Shown one piece after another: positions 49,576 to 62,653 of a stretch of 64,000 nucleotides of DNA. The notes under the pieces were generated by a model. The model was not told the DNA's origin, did not search any database, and was given only the letters and a program-made list of their open reading frames with translations. Source of the DNA: Eledone cirrhosa (taxonomy: Eukaryota). How positions within the stretch are numbered: position 1 is the stretch's first letter; the number at the start of each line of letters is the position of its first letter. The stretch covers positions 103,292,001 to 103,356,000 of the forward strand of contig OZ024745.1 in NCBI GenBank assembly GCA_964016885.1. The letters run 5' to 3'. A program made the translations under genes and the position numbers.

Positions 49576-52244
49576 GTCATTGCAATGTTTCTCAATTGAA
49601 TTCCCCAACTGTGATGATGAGTTCACTACCAACCATTACTGAGGTAGTCTGTAAGAAGATGACCAGCTTCTGATAATCTGCAAGTCCAACTTGTGGAGTA
49701 TGTACAAAGATTATAGGAGTTGTTGTATTGTCTGAAGTTATCTTAAGTTTAATTATCCTATTTCTTAAATAACTTTATCCACATATGTCTCAGTAAATAG
49801 TATAATATTTGCACACCACCCACACCATCACAGCAACCCACCCAGAAATACTTGTACCTTGCCTGTGATGACTCTGGTTAAAAACGCTCCACCTCACTTC
49901 TTTCACACAGCACACTTCCACTTACCTCTATTCCAGTATCAACATAATCTCACCAGACCTACCCTTCATCGTGCCAGTGTTAATGATAGTAACTCTGAAA
50001 TTCTGTGTTTGATAGGAAGAGGAATGCATGCATGTTTTGTTCTTCAGGGCCTGAAAGTAAAAAGTGGATATGTTCAATCATCTCACATTCATTGGGTATT
50101 TTCCCATAATGTAATGAATTATCACTTAGATACTCTACTCTATATCCACTGCCAGTGAAAGCATCTGATGAAAGCTACCATTGATGACTAGGTCTAATGT
50201 AGCTTAAAGTGAGGGAAAGGATGAGAGGGAAAGCAACAGATCACACACACATGCACACGTACATACACACACACATACATACACACACACACACATGCAC
50301 ATAACCGCTTTTATTTCTATTTTTAAATCATTATAATTTGTAATTTTCTATAATTTAATTTTCTAATAATCGTTTCTACTTTAGGCACAAGGCCAGCAAT
50401 TACCCAGTGCATTACTGGTACTTTATTTTATCAACCCCGTAAGGATGAAAGGCAAAGTCAACCTCGGCGGGATTTGAACTCAGATCGTAAAGGGACGTAA
50501 CTATGCTGCAAAGCATGACGTCCGACCCTCCACCGATACTGCCAATCCACTGCCCTTTTTAATTTAATTTTCTAATAATATTCTCCAGTTTATGATGTAC
50601 AAAAGATGGAGAAGACAGAGAGGTGGTTGTTGAAATGAAATGAGATTTTCAAATATGTAACAGTTACCTCAGTGAGGTTACCAGGAAAGAGAGCTCCAAG
50701 TAGCCCATTTGGACAATTAAGAGATTGAAATTGGGTATGAAATGAAACTAAAGAATTGGCCTAAAGATATAATAAAATACTTTTAAGAATTAAAAAAAAA
50801 AGTAAAGAAAGGGAAATATATAGATATATATACACACACACACACATACACATGAACACACACACAAATATATATATATAGATATAGATATAGATACACA
50901 CAGGCACATATACACACACACATATACATATACATACACACAAATGTGTATATATACACGCAAATATAGATATAGTTTGAGAATAGACAATACAAACACC
51001 GAGATGCAAAAACACAAAGTTTTATTAGTTTCCCACTTGGAAGAAGTAAATTAAGTCCTTATTACCAACTATCTCTGTACCCTTGTCACATACAAAGACT
51101 ACTTTTTCAATTAGCTTACCTGCTTTCCCACTCCACCTCTTATGTACCCACACTTTACATTGTGTACACCATATAGAATTCCTATCTACTCCTTGTCTAT
51201 ATTTTGTGTAGAGCTGCTTCCCTAATGGTATCAGTATCTTGTTTGCTTTCCTACTTTGGTCTTTACTGAATATATTCTAAGCCCTTTTGATTCCACAACT
51301 GATTCACCTCTAAGAACCAGGTTGTTAGCATATAGAAATTCCTGTTATGGCTTGAAATACTATCATAAACAGGAGTGTGCTGGGACAGAGCCCTGATGAA
51401 TACCTACCAATACACTGAATTCCTCACTCAGCTCATTACCTACTCTCACTTTACTGCTAGCTCCTCTGTATATGGCTTGCATTGCTTTTGCAAATGAAAA
51501 GCATTCTTCAGCAGTCTATGCGTTATCAGGAACTTCTCTTGCAGTTATTTCACTATGAAGAGGGCAGCTATTGTGCTCCTTCCTGGCACAAACTACAGCT
51601 CATCTAATTTGCTTCTTTCAATAATTAGCTGTGTTAAGACTCTTTCTATGACTTTCATCTCTTTATCCATCTGTTTTAAACTTTTGTAGTTGCACCTTTC
51701 TAGAGCATCAGCTTTTCCTTTGTAAACAATGATTATCCTGTTATACCAGTTATTAGGTATGATTCTGCCTTGTATTATCTAATTGACTACATAGGTAACT
51801 AGTTTGACTCCTACTTAACCATATGATTTCAACAACTCAGCGACTGTCTCTGATAGCCTGAAACTTTTCTACTTTTCATCTCCCTAATTGCTTCCTTAAC
51901 TCTATAACTGTCAACTTTGAAAGCCGGTCCCTCTGGTGTTTACTAGAGTTAGTCTCTCTTCCTTTCACTCATTCTTTACATTCAGTCTCTCATAACAACA
52001 CTTCCAGGCTTCTTTCTTCTGAGCATCAATGAAGCTAAATGTGCAGATGCCATTCCAAACAGTTTCCTCCAATGGTATTCTGATTTACACCGAAACACTG
52101 CTTTGTAATATGGAATTCCTCATGCTTTTAATCCTCATGTCACAGCACATTGGCAAACCTTCTGCTTTCAGCTTCTCTATGTGCTATGAAAAGCTATTGT
52201 CTACGTTCTCTTTTAGCAATTTAATATTGCTCTTTGCTACCCGT

Positions 52245-52790
52245 GTGTGTGCATGCATGCCAGCCAAGTCACTCTTCAGTGCTATTGGAAACATGTAACC
52301 CAGTACAACATGTGCATGGCCAGGTCGTTGGCAACTAAACTGGCAACCCCACCAAGCTTGCTTAGCGAGGAGGAGGATTTTGGACAACCTGCGGAATGAA
52401 AAACAAACCCCCATCAAAGGGCGGAGGAACTCAGGGGGAGTCAACAACCATCCAATAAAGATTTTTTTTTCTGTGGAGCGAGATACTTCTAGTCTTCATT
52501 AAGTCATCTCTCTAGGAGAAGGTCACTTTGATATAAAACCTGCACCTGTGACCTTTGTTTGCATTCAATGCTGTAGACCAGTTCTACTTTTTGGGTAAAT
52601 ATATTCGATGTTCAGAGCCTTTCCTCACTTAAAAAAGCTTCAAGCATAGGTATTGCTTGATATGTGATATGTTTTGTGATGCATGGCATTGCTGGCCATA
52701 GGCAAGTCCATAGCAGGACTAAAAAGCCATGTCCATGATGTTCGTGCTTAAGTATCATGCGATAGCATTACTTGAAATCGAGTCGCAGCC
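52245..52790 (+). mobile_element. Probable RTE 5'-UTR-derived non-autonomous element
   Basis: GC-richer island with ctaggagaaggtcactttgatataaaacc, resembling RTE leader motifs recalled from memory. No second copy in the window. Confidence 0.35.
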
Positions 52791-55700
52791 ATCATGTATG
52801 TATGGATCCATCCATCCAGCCATCCATTCATAACTTCTGGTGGAATCGTAGAGGTGCTGAAGTGACATACAGCATTTCTTGGGCATTTTTTAAAACCTGG
52901 CAGAGCCCATCTCCTCTCCAGGTTTAAACATAGCCAATTTCTTCCAAAGAAGGATAGATAACAATAAAGAAAAAGTAAGAGATGTAGAAAAAAAATCGAC
53001 CCCAGTATTTGAATGGTATTTTTTTTATCAATCATGAAAGGATGAAAGGTAAAGTTGACCTCAGTGAGATTTGAACTCAGCAGGGAAAACCAGAATGAAA
53101 ACTGTAAAGCATTCTTTTCTACGTTCTATTGATTCTCCCAATTTGCTGCTACTCCTCCATATATACAGTGATACAAATTTGGCATGTGGCATGCATGTGC
53201 ACATGCACATATACACATACACTATGATATGTATTAGTTTGTAAAATGTAAAATCTTAGTTATATGGGTAGTTTCATACCCCAACCAAGCACCGCGCCAC
53301 TCACATCCTAACCTCTGGAACATATGTATGAGTTATGTAATCATGTATATATATTAAAATTATATAGCCCTTGTCAATCATAAATATACACTCACAGGTA
53401 AACACATAAATAAATATACAGAAATAGTTAAATGAGTTCACCTTCTCTAGTTGATCTGATTATGAATGATATGTATATATATGGAACACATATGTCAACT
53501 TGATAATAATATTGATCAGCTGGTTGTCTTCTCAGAGAATGAAGCCTAGTGACCAATATCAGTTATTCATTAGAGTCATAATAAGCTTGACGTAGTAGTA
53601 ACAACAACAGCAGTGGTGGTGGTGGTTATATGGGTGGTGTTGTTGGCTGAGCTAAATGTTTTCATAGTGGTGTGAAGGTGGTGTTTAATTATGTAACCAA
53701 TTCTTCTCACCTGTAATGGACACAACTACTTACTTGAGCAAGTGAGGGGGCTAGAAACAGCTGCTAAGTCTCCTTGAAATCACACGCAAAAATAAATCAC
53801 TCATCTTAGTAAAGGACACAACATCTTATTGGATAATGCAGTTCTGGGTTCTGTACGCACAAGAAAAGTATAGGATGGCTATGGCTAGAATATCTTTGGT
53901 TATATATTCATTTAATCAAGGGTGACCTGAGTGGGATATAAGGGTTAATCCTGTTAATCCTATGTAATAGTTCACGTTACAGAGGTTTGGATGTTAGTGA
54001 AGTGGTACTTGGTGAAGGGGACAGGGGTATGAAACTACCAACATAACAGAGATTTTACAATCCATAATATATTTTATGACTTGTGTGTGTGTGTGCGTCT
54101 GTATGTATGTCACTAAATGTGTGTCACTGTTTCAATATGTATTATACTATAAAGATGGTGGACTAGCTGAATCTGTAGACGAGTGATCAAAATGCCTTGC
54201 TGCATTTAATTGTGTTTCAGTTACGTTTTCAGTTCAACTTTTGGGGTCTGACATTTCTCATCCACCACTCCTAAAGATATTTTCACTTTTAAACCATCTA
54301 CTACTTCTAAAGACAGTTTGTTTATATTTCTACCTTCCACCATTTCTCAAGATATTTTATTCACTTTTATACCATCCACTACTTCTGAAGACAGTTTTTC
54401 ATATTTCTACCATCCACTGCCCTACATTTAAATTGATTAATATTTTTTACTTTTGGCATATTTCCATGCATTTTGGGGAGTGAAGACAAGGTGTGTATTG
54501 TGTTATCTATTTATCTATTTATCTTATCCAGCCTTAAACAATGAAAGGGTATGTCAACCTCAGCAGGGTTTGAATTCAGAACTAAATATAACATTTATTT
54601 CAACACTTAGTTCTAGATAACCTGTCTGTCAGAAAATAATTGTTTCTACTTTAGGCACAAGGCCAGCAATTACCCAGTGCATTACTGGTACATTATTTTA
54701 TCAACCCCGTAAGGATGAAAGGCAAAGTCAACCTCGGCGGGATTTGAACTCAGATCGTAAAGGGACGTAACTATGCTGGAAAGCATGGCATCCGACCCTC
54801 TACCGATACTGCCATCTGTCAGAAAATAATGTGTGGATGGTCATGAATACCACCTCTGATCAGAGATCTACTTAATCCCAGCTGACCAAGGGTTAAAAAA
54901 TAACAACCATAAGGCAAAAAAGAAGCCATTCTTTGCATGGTTACTCACCCCACTCAAAATGGAGAAAATCTTTATATGATTGCTCAGACCTCAGCCAAAT
55001 CTCCTTCAATCACATTTTTATCTTTCTTAGAACAATGGATGATATAATTTTAGATACATTAATTTTGAAAAAAAAAAAGAGACAGGATAGTCACAACTTT
55101 GATACCATTAATCAAATGTCTAGTAGATCAGAGTTAATGTGAGGCTAAAGAACATATTGATTGTTCCTTGTAGGAGTCTAAATTTTAAGTATATCTTAGC
55201 AAAATATGATTGGAGTATAGTGTATTATCAATGTAGGTTCAGCTAAAGTGACAAAATAACAATACGGAAGAAACAAACTAGGGAAAGTCACATTTTCGTC
55301 TGAAAAATAAAAGTACTAAAAACTAATGTATGCTTATATTATATTCATACAATAGATAAGAAAATGTGTCAACGGAGGTGGGGCGGCTGGGATAGAGTGT
55401 TTTTATATTTTTATTTTTGTTTTCTTTTTCCTTTCCTTCTTTCCTTTTTTTTTTTTTTTTTTTTTTAAATTTCTGCAAGAAGAATAAATCTCTCAGCAAA
55501 GTTTGTTAATAATGACACAGAGTACATCTATATTGATTGGGGATTTTAACAGACATTCTTAGGTCAAAGGCAATAATAAAAGAAAAAAATTATTGAAATG
55601 TTATTATTGCTGCTGTTTGCTAAAAAATATAAAGAGTAATAGAAAAGAAAAATTTGTTTGCAGGCTCCTTAAATCTATTCTATGTTATTGAAAATATTAC

Positions 55701-56325
55701 ACAAAGAAGCCTAATATATATGTTATAATTTTTAACGGGTTGGATGGACATGAAAATTCAGAAGTTTGCATGAATGACTTTTTTCTAAGTTTTGTATACA
55801 TCATAAGTTTTGCCAATAGCAATAAAATCTAACCATGAAAAGTGAGTGGTACCTTATTCAGTTAACTGTGGAAAATATAGTCATGTACCTTCAACATAGA
55901 AATCAATAACTAGTGGTATAAATCAATACTTGATAATAGACATCTATATATATCATTTAACAAATTGATACCTCTTTTTACACATCAATATCTGGTGTTA
56001 TATATCAATACATTGTGGTACAATTCACTCTATGGCTGTAGAAACCAAGCCTTCTGATACAAATCAATAGATAGGAATACAAATATATATCTGATGGTAC
56101 AAATCAATAGCTAGTTGTAAAAATCAATATCTGCTAATATAAATCAATGCCTGATGGTACAAATAAATGACTAGCCTATTATTTAGATCAATAACCTTTA
56201 GAGCAATAAAGTTTCAGCAAGCTAAAACAATAGTGTGTTCACCCTTTGATTTTAAGGTCAATGCTTCATAATCTTAAACATCACTCTCCTTTTGGGAAAT
56301 ATTCTCTCAATGAGCAATCTATCTA

Positions 56326-56379
<54 letters not shown>

Positions 56380-56381
<2 letters not shown>

Positions 56382-56620
56382 AGACGTAAGATAAGAAAAT
56401 TATAAAATTAACTTACTTACTAAAATATCACTTCCAACTAATTAGTTTCTGGAATGGAGTAAGTAAGTTAATTTTATAATTTTCTTATCTTACGTCTCTT
56501 ATATTATTGTTCTGCAACCCCATGCATTGAACCACAATGTTATTAAGACAAAACCTATATATTTGCTAGCATCGATATGCATTTGTATGTATATATATGT
56601 TACTAGATATAAATTCTTTA
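56380..56620. mobile_element. Second, folded-back copy of the HHR-1 element (3' half of the ribozyme only)
   Basis: Near-identical to 2369-2450 and 2971-3130. Inverted arms gagacgtaagataag...ttacttact / agtaagtaag...cttacgtctc. Confidence 0.85.
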
Positions 56621-57460
56621 TTATATATATATATATATATTTATTAAAATAACAGATTAAAGTTTAAGCAAAGAATCGCTGCTTTCACCCTTAACGGGAT
56701 TTTCTGAAACTAACCTATTATTTAGATCAATAACCTTAATAATTATTTTTACTTTTGGCACAAGGCCAAATATTTGCTCTACGGCTCTTATGTATTTGAT
56801 ATATATTTATCCTTATCGAACCCTCTTTGGATTTTAGTCTTCAAATTTATTATTATTACTATATATATATATATATCATCATCATCATCATCATCAACGT
56901 TTAACGTCCGTGTTCCACGCTTGCATGGGTTTGGACGGGGGTATTCCCACTTGAGGCAAGAGTGATTGTCTTGCTCGCATAGGACTGTCTGGCAGGTTTT
57001 CTACAGTTGGATGCCCTTCCTAACACCAACCACATTTACAGTGTGGGTCTGGGAGGTTTTTACCGTGTTGCCTACACGGCCACATTACAGCGTGGACTGT
57101 GTGTTTTTTTTGTCGTGACACCTACACGATCTCATTTGTTTCGGCCTGGATGGCGCGGCACCAACATAACTTTACATAGAACGGGGTGGTGTGGATGGGG
57201 TGGGGGTGGTGGGACGGGGTGTATTTTGTTAGAGATGCCTACTGGCTGTAGTAGGTTTTACTATGTATTTAGGTAAGGCGGGTCTTCTCTGTTACTGAGT
57301 ACCGCCAAAGATCTCGGTCCAGTGACATTGTCTTGGAGAGGTGTAAGTGTGTGAGGTCGGAGTTTATCAGCTCGTCCCAGGTTTTTCTAGGTCTGCCTAT
57401 TCCGTGGCTACCGTCTATCTTTATTGCCCTGCACTTTGTTATATATATATATATCATCAT

Positions 57461-57508
<48 letters not shown>

Positions 57509-57617
57509 TCATCATCATATATATATATATGTAGGAGCATATAATTACGCCCCTTTATATGTTGATTTAAAACTACACTATTCACAAGTGTTTTTTAACC
57601 TTCATATCATGTCTCCC

Positions 57618-57688
57618 TATTTTATCTGACGAAAACGCAAATGTCATCTCATGATGATATTTGTTTTTGAAATGCGCATAATAAAATA
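57618..57688 (+). ncRNA. Type I hammerhead ribozyme (HHR-3) in a TA-flanked insert (about 57531-57720)
   Basis: UAUUUUAU CUGACGA [16-bp stem II with one mismatch and a UCAU loop] GAAA UGCGCA UA^AUAAAAUA. Stem I is 8 bp and stem III is the palindrome AUGCGCAU. Confidence 0.85.
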
Positions 57689-57718
57689 CATGGAACTCTT
57701 TTAACCATCTTTTGATAT

Positions 57719-57785
<67 letters not shown>

Positions 57786-57815
57786 GTTTAATGTCCATGC
57801 TCCACGCTTGCATGG

Positions 57816-57893
<78 letters not shown>

Positions 57894-58747
57894 TTTAAGC
57901 TTTTTGCTACCAATACCAACTCTCCTAAAACTTCCATTATTATTTTATGTAAGAACCTATGTTAAGTCATGCTCTAAATAATGACAAAGTTAATTATGGT
58001 GGATTGGCAGTATTGGTAGAAGATCGGACGCCATGCTTTGCAGCATATAATTACGCCCCTTTATGGTCTGAGTTCAAATCCCACCGAGGTTAACTTTGCC
58101 TTTCATCCTTACGGGGTAGATAAAATAAAGCACCAGTAATGTACTGAGATAATTGCTGGCCAAAAGTAAAAACAATTATTAAATCCCTTAAATTCATTGA
58201 TTATTTTCAAAATTATTTGAAAATTGTAGGCAGTGTGTTTCATTAAAAATATGACAGGAAAACCTTAATCTGCATAGAAGCAAAATAGTGGAATATGAGT
58301 TAGTTGAAATATATTCAACTGAAATCCACTGAATAGTTTTATTATATATTTAGGCCATCCCCTTTTTGCTATGCTCCTATCTTCCTCTAAGCCATTAAGA
58401 ATAACAGATCTTATGGAAATATTACCTTGAAATACACTTTTTGATGTATCCTGGATAAGAATAATTATTATTCACTTCACACCCTATAATGGAAACTAAG
58501 TACTAGCTTATTAAAAAAAAACTCGAGATATGTCTATTAGGAAGATTCCACACCTGTGAAAGCCTATAATTATCAATCGAATCTCCTTCAAATCATAGCT
58601 TATCAACATGTTGGATAATGTAGTCTAAGAAAATAAAAATAAAAAATAAACAGTCTGGGAAAAGGTTAGATTGTTATTGCAGGGATGAATTTTTATCATA
58701 AGTTTCCTCAAATCAAGGCTGATTTGAGTTTTAACAACTACTACTCT

Positions 58748-58996
58748 TTAACCTGTTGGCTGTCGTGTATATTTTGCACAGCTACAATGACTATATTTTT
58801 AAACAAACCTTTATTAACAAAACATATCTGAATGATTGACAAACATCACATCAGTAAACTAGTAACCCCATCTAGCTTTGAAGTTATGAACTGTTGGAAA
58901 TGAGTTCAAACATGTTAGGCCGAGTTACTCGTATTTGGCAGTGGAATGCATACTTATTAGGATGGGTTATTTCGTCTATGGTACTGACGAGGTTAA
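58748..58996. mobile_element. piggyBac-like non-autonomous remnant; related terminus at about 14020-14055
   Basis: TTAA-cct ... agg-TTAA. Subterminal cagtaccatagacgaaataac (-) resembles cagtgccacggacgagataac at 14030. Confidence 0.45.
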
Positions 58997-59048
58997 GATG
59001 GAAGATACATTTTTGGAGGCATCTTTTATTTTTTTATTTTAACTAATA

Positions 59049-59316
59049 CGTTGACGTTTTGACAATGTTGATCCATTGTCAGCTTATATTGATGTATTGT
59101 CAGTTTATGTTGACATTTCATGAGTCCGTGTTGACATTTTATCAGTTTGTGTTGACATTTTATGAGTCTGTGTTGACGTTTTGTCAGCTTACATTGATTC
59201 TTTGTCAGCTTGTGTTGATGCATTGCTTGGTTGTGTTGATGTTCTGGTAGTTTGGGTTGACATTTAATCAGTTGATGTTGACATTTTGTTAGTCTGTGTT
59301 GACGTTTTGTCAGTTT
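59049..59316. repeat. Degenerate 21-bp minisatellite; other degenerate arrays at 55915-56170 (about 22 bp) and 54255-54420 (about 40 bp)
   Basis: gttgacattttgtcagtttgt repeated, giving 7-aa periodicity in the ORF track. Confidence 0.8.
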
Positions 59317-62295
59317 GAAGTTCTAGGCAAAAATGTTTCCAGATCTGGAGAAGGTGGCATGGAAGTACTCTAGTTTATGTTTATTTTGAGTATTACTTGA
59401 AGATGTAACTCGTGAGATTTGATTTTTGTGGGACTATGGAACACAATGACGTGGTATTATCTCTTTAAATTTAACAATTTACTTGGAGTAACAATCTGAA
59501 CACTGCAAATCTAAAATAGCTAGTGGTATTATAAAATATTTTAATAGATTAAAAGAACAAAATGTAATTCCAAATAATTAAAGTTTTACAGAGAAATTAG
59601 GATCTATTTTCATTAATGAGAATGTTATCAAATGGAAGCAAACCATAAAGTAAACTCAATTTTAGAAGAGAATGAGATTACTCTTAATTCAGGAATAAAT
59701 ATTCTTATTTGAACGATCCATTTGTAAATATCAAATGTTTTAGACTCACCAAATGCTTATATGAACCAAATTTATAAAACAAAGGTATTTCTTTTTGCAT
59801 TTGTATCACAAGAATTTTAACTCTGAAGGCAAATCAAAGTGAATAGATTTGGGAAATCAACCTTGCACATAAAAATCATCATCAACATCATCACCATTTT
59901 ACATCCATTTTTCATCCATTTTTCCATGCTAGCATGGGTTAGATGAGTTGTCTTGTTGTGGGCAATGCTAGGTCAGGTGATCATGTCTTGCTCATACAGA
60001 ATTGATTTTGGCTTGGGTGCTTTTTTGTTGTAACACCTACATGACCACTTTGCAGTGTGAGCTGGTGACTTCAATAGATGTATACTTCGGCCTGTTCTCA
60101 TTGGAGATGTATGGGGTGGGGAGGAGTGGTGCATACTGTGTATATGCATCAGCTCGGCCTGTGCCAATAGGAAGTTGGGTGTTCTGTATTACTATGTAAT
60201 GCCAGATATCTCGGTCCTGTGTCACAGCCTTTGAGTATGTTTATTCATAGATTGCTATGGCCCCTATAACAAGCTTTTATAAGTTACTATGGCCCCTATA
60301 ATAAGCTTTTATAAGTTACTATGTGATTAGATCAGTATATATTCATAAACTAGTCAAATTCCTATGAACCTTGTTCAATATTACCGTCTCTTTCATGTTC
60401 TGCTGCCAGCTAAAATAACTCATTGTGCTGTTGATGCATAACAAAGAAAGTAGTTATGATTCCTTGTTTATTTATTAAAGTTGATCAAAATAATACTTTT
60501 ATTGGGGCCGGCATGACTCATCATCATCCAGTTTTTGATTATGCAGGACATAGTTAATCCCTAAGTAGAGGTGGGCCCTGCCTGACAGTGTTCCTTAGCA
60601 TCCTGCTCCATGTGTTTTTGTCTGCTGGTCTCAGTTGGGCCAGGCCAAGCATAGCTTGATCCCGATAGACATCCTCCATCCAACTCCTTTTTTGGTCTTC
60701 CTAGATTATATGGTTAAAAAGTCATCTTTGCAATCACACGGTCTTGGGTTCAATCCTACTGCATAGTACTTTGGACAAGTGTTTTTATCTTTAACTTCAG
60801 GTTATGTGAGTGAATTTGGTTGCCAGAAACTGTATGAAGTTAATTGTATATGTTTATATGTGTGTGTATGTCAGTTATTACAAATGTCATATTGACACTA
60901 CTCACAAAGCACTAGAAAAGATATACAGCAATAGAGAACCTACCAGAAAAAGATTTCATCAAACAAATACATGCATGAAAAAATGGACATAAAACGATGA
61001 TGATGATTTATAAGTTTTTCATATCTTGACAATTACAATCTTCTATTTATCTTGAAAGTCTTGACTATTCAAACGTCTGCTTCTAATTTATTTTCTGTCT
61101 TAGCTGTTATAAACTCCCTAAAGGAGGTTTTATAATTTATTCTTTCTCCTACCAATTTACATATTAGTTCTAAGATTATCTTATCTATCTCAGGCATATC
61201 TTAGAAATTGCAACTGAAACTGCTAAGTGCCATTGTGATTAATCAAGAGAGTTTTAGTTAATAGATATTCATAAATATATGCAAAACATATGCAAAACGA
61301 CACCACAAGAGAGATTATGAAGTACTTCATTGTCTTCTTGAATTTGCAGCCTTGAAGGCAATGCAATTCAACAGAACAAAATAAAAAATATAGTGCTGTT
61401 AAATATAAAGTGCCAATTTAAGACAGAAAAAAGAAACAGACTCACTGATAGGATTTTAAACCACATATGTAATGCTTCTGGGTGACAGCATTACCGATTA
61501 CACTACAAAGCACCTGCCAATCCTTTTTTGTTAAATTAGGAATGGTAGTGCTAGTTCTTTTCTGTATGAAAATGAAAATGGTGATTATAGTGTCTATTAG
61601 TGAGCCTGCACTGTCAAAATTATTATCGTTTTATGTCCGTTCTTCCACGCTAGCATGGGTTAGACGGGTTGTCCTGTTGTGGGCAGTGTCCGGTCAGCGG
61701 ACCTTGTCTTGCTCATACGGGAACTGATTCTGGCTTGATTTCTACAGCTGGATGTCCTTCCTAACACCAACCTCATTTACAGTGAGTGCTGAGTGCTTTT
61801 TTTTCTGTGGCACCTCCACGACCACTTTGCAGCTGAGTAAACTGGAGCAATGTGAAGGAAAGTGTCTTGCTCAAGGAAACAACACATCACCCGGTCCAAG
61901 AATTGAACTCACAACCTTTCGATTGCAAGCCCAATGCTCTAACCACTAAGCCATGCACCTTCACATGTATTCATATGCATAGGAATGGGTAAAAAGTCTA
62001 TGGGTTTAAGTGTCCTGATAAGGAATGAATTAAAATGGAAGAGAGAGGAGGTTTCTTAGATGGATGATTTGACAATGAAATCAGTGATCAGTATTTACTA
62101 ATATTATATTAAGATGAGTCAGTATATTACTTAGATTTGCTGTAAATATATAAGACTTGAATATGATCATTAACTGAGCAACACACTTAGTCAATGCAAT
62201 ACTGGTTCAAATATTAAATAAACTGCATTCTTTTACATTTACCCTCTTTAACTCTGCATCTTTCTCTCTCTTAATGTGTGTCTTTCTCATACTTT

Positions 62296-62653
62296 CTGAC
62301 ATACATTAAACCCAATTTAACAAAGAAAACCTCAGAAAAAAGGGAAGGTATTAAGAAAGCAAAGTTATTAAAATAGACAATATTTGGAATGGTAACTGTC
62401 AGTGCTGGATTTAAGACAAATGAGGCCCTGTGCTAGTTAAGTTATGAGGCCTCTTACTTGGGCCCTGAAGGAGGTAAAAAGATTTTTTGGTCAGAATATG
62501 GGCCTCATAACTTAACTAGCACAGGGCTTCATTTGTCTTAATTCCAGAACTGCCAGTTACCATTCTAAATATTGTCTTTCAATAACTTTGCTTTCTTAAT
62601 ACCTTCCCTTTTTTCTGAGGTTTCCCAATTAAATTGGGTTTAATGTATGTCAG
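62296..62653. repeat. Inverted duplication, arms 62296-62451 and 62501-62653
   Basis: ctgacatacattaaacccaatttaa...gttatgaggcc / ggcctcataac...ttaaattgggtttaatgtatgtcag. Confidence 0.92.
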
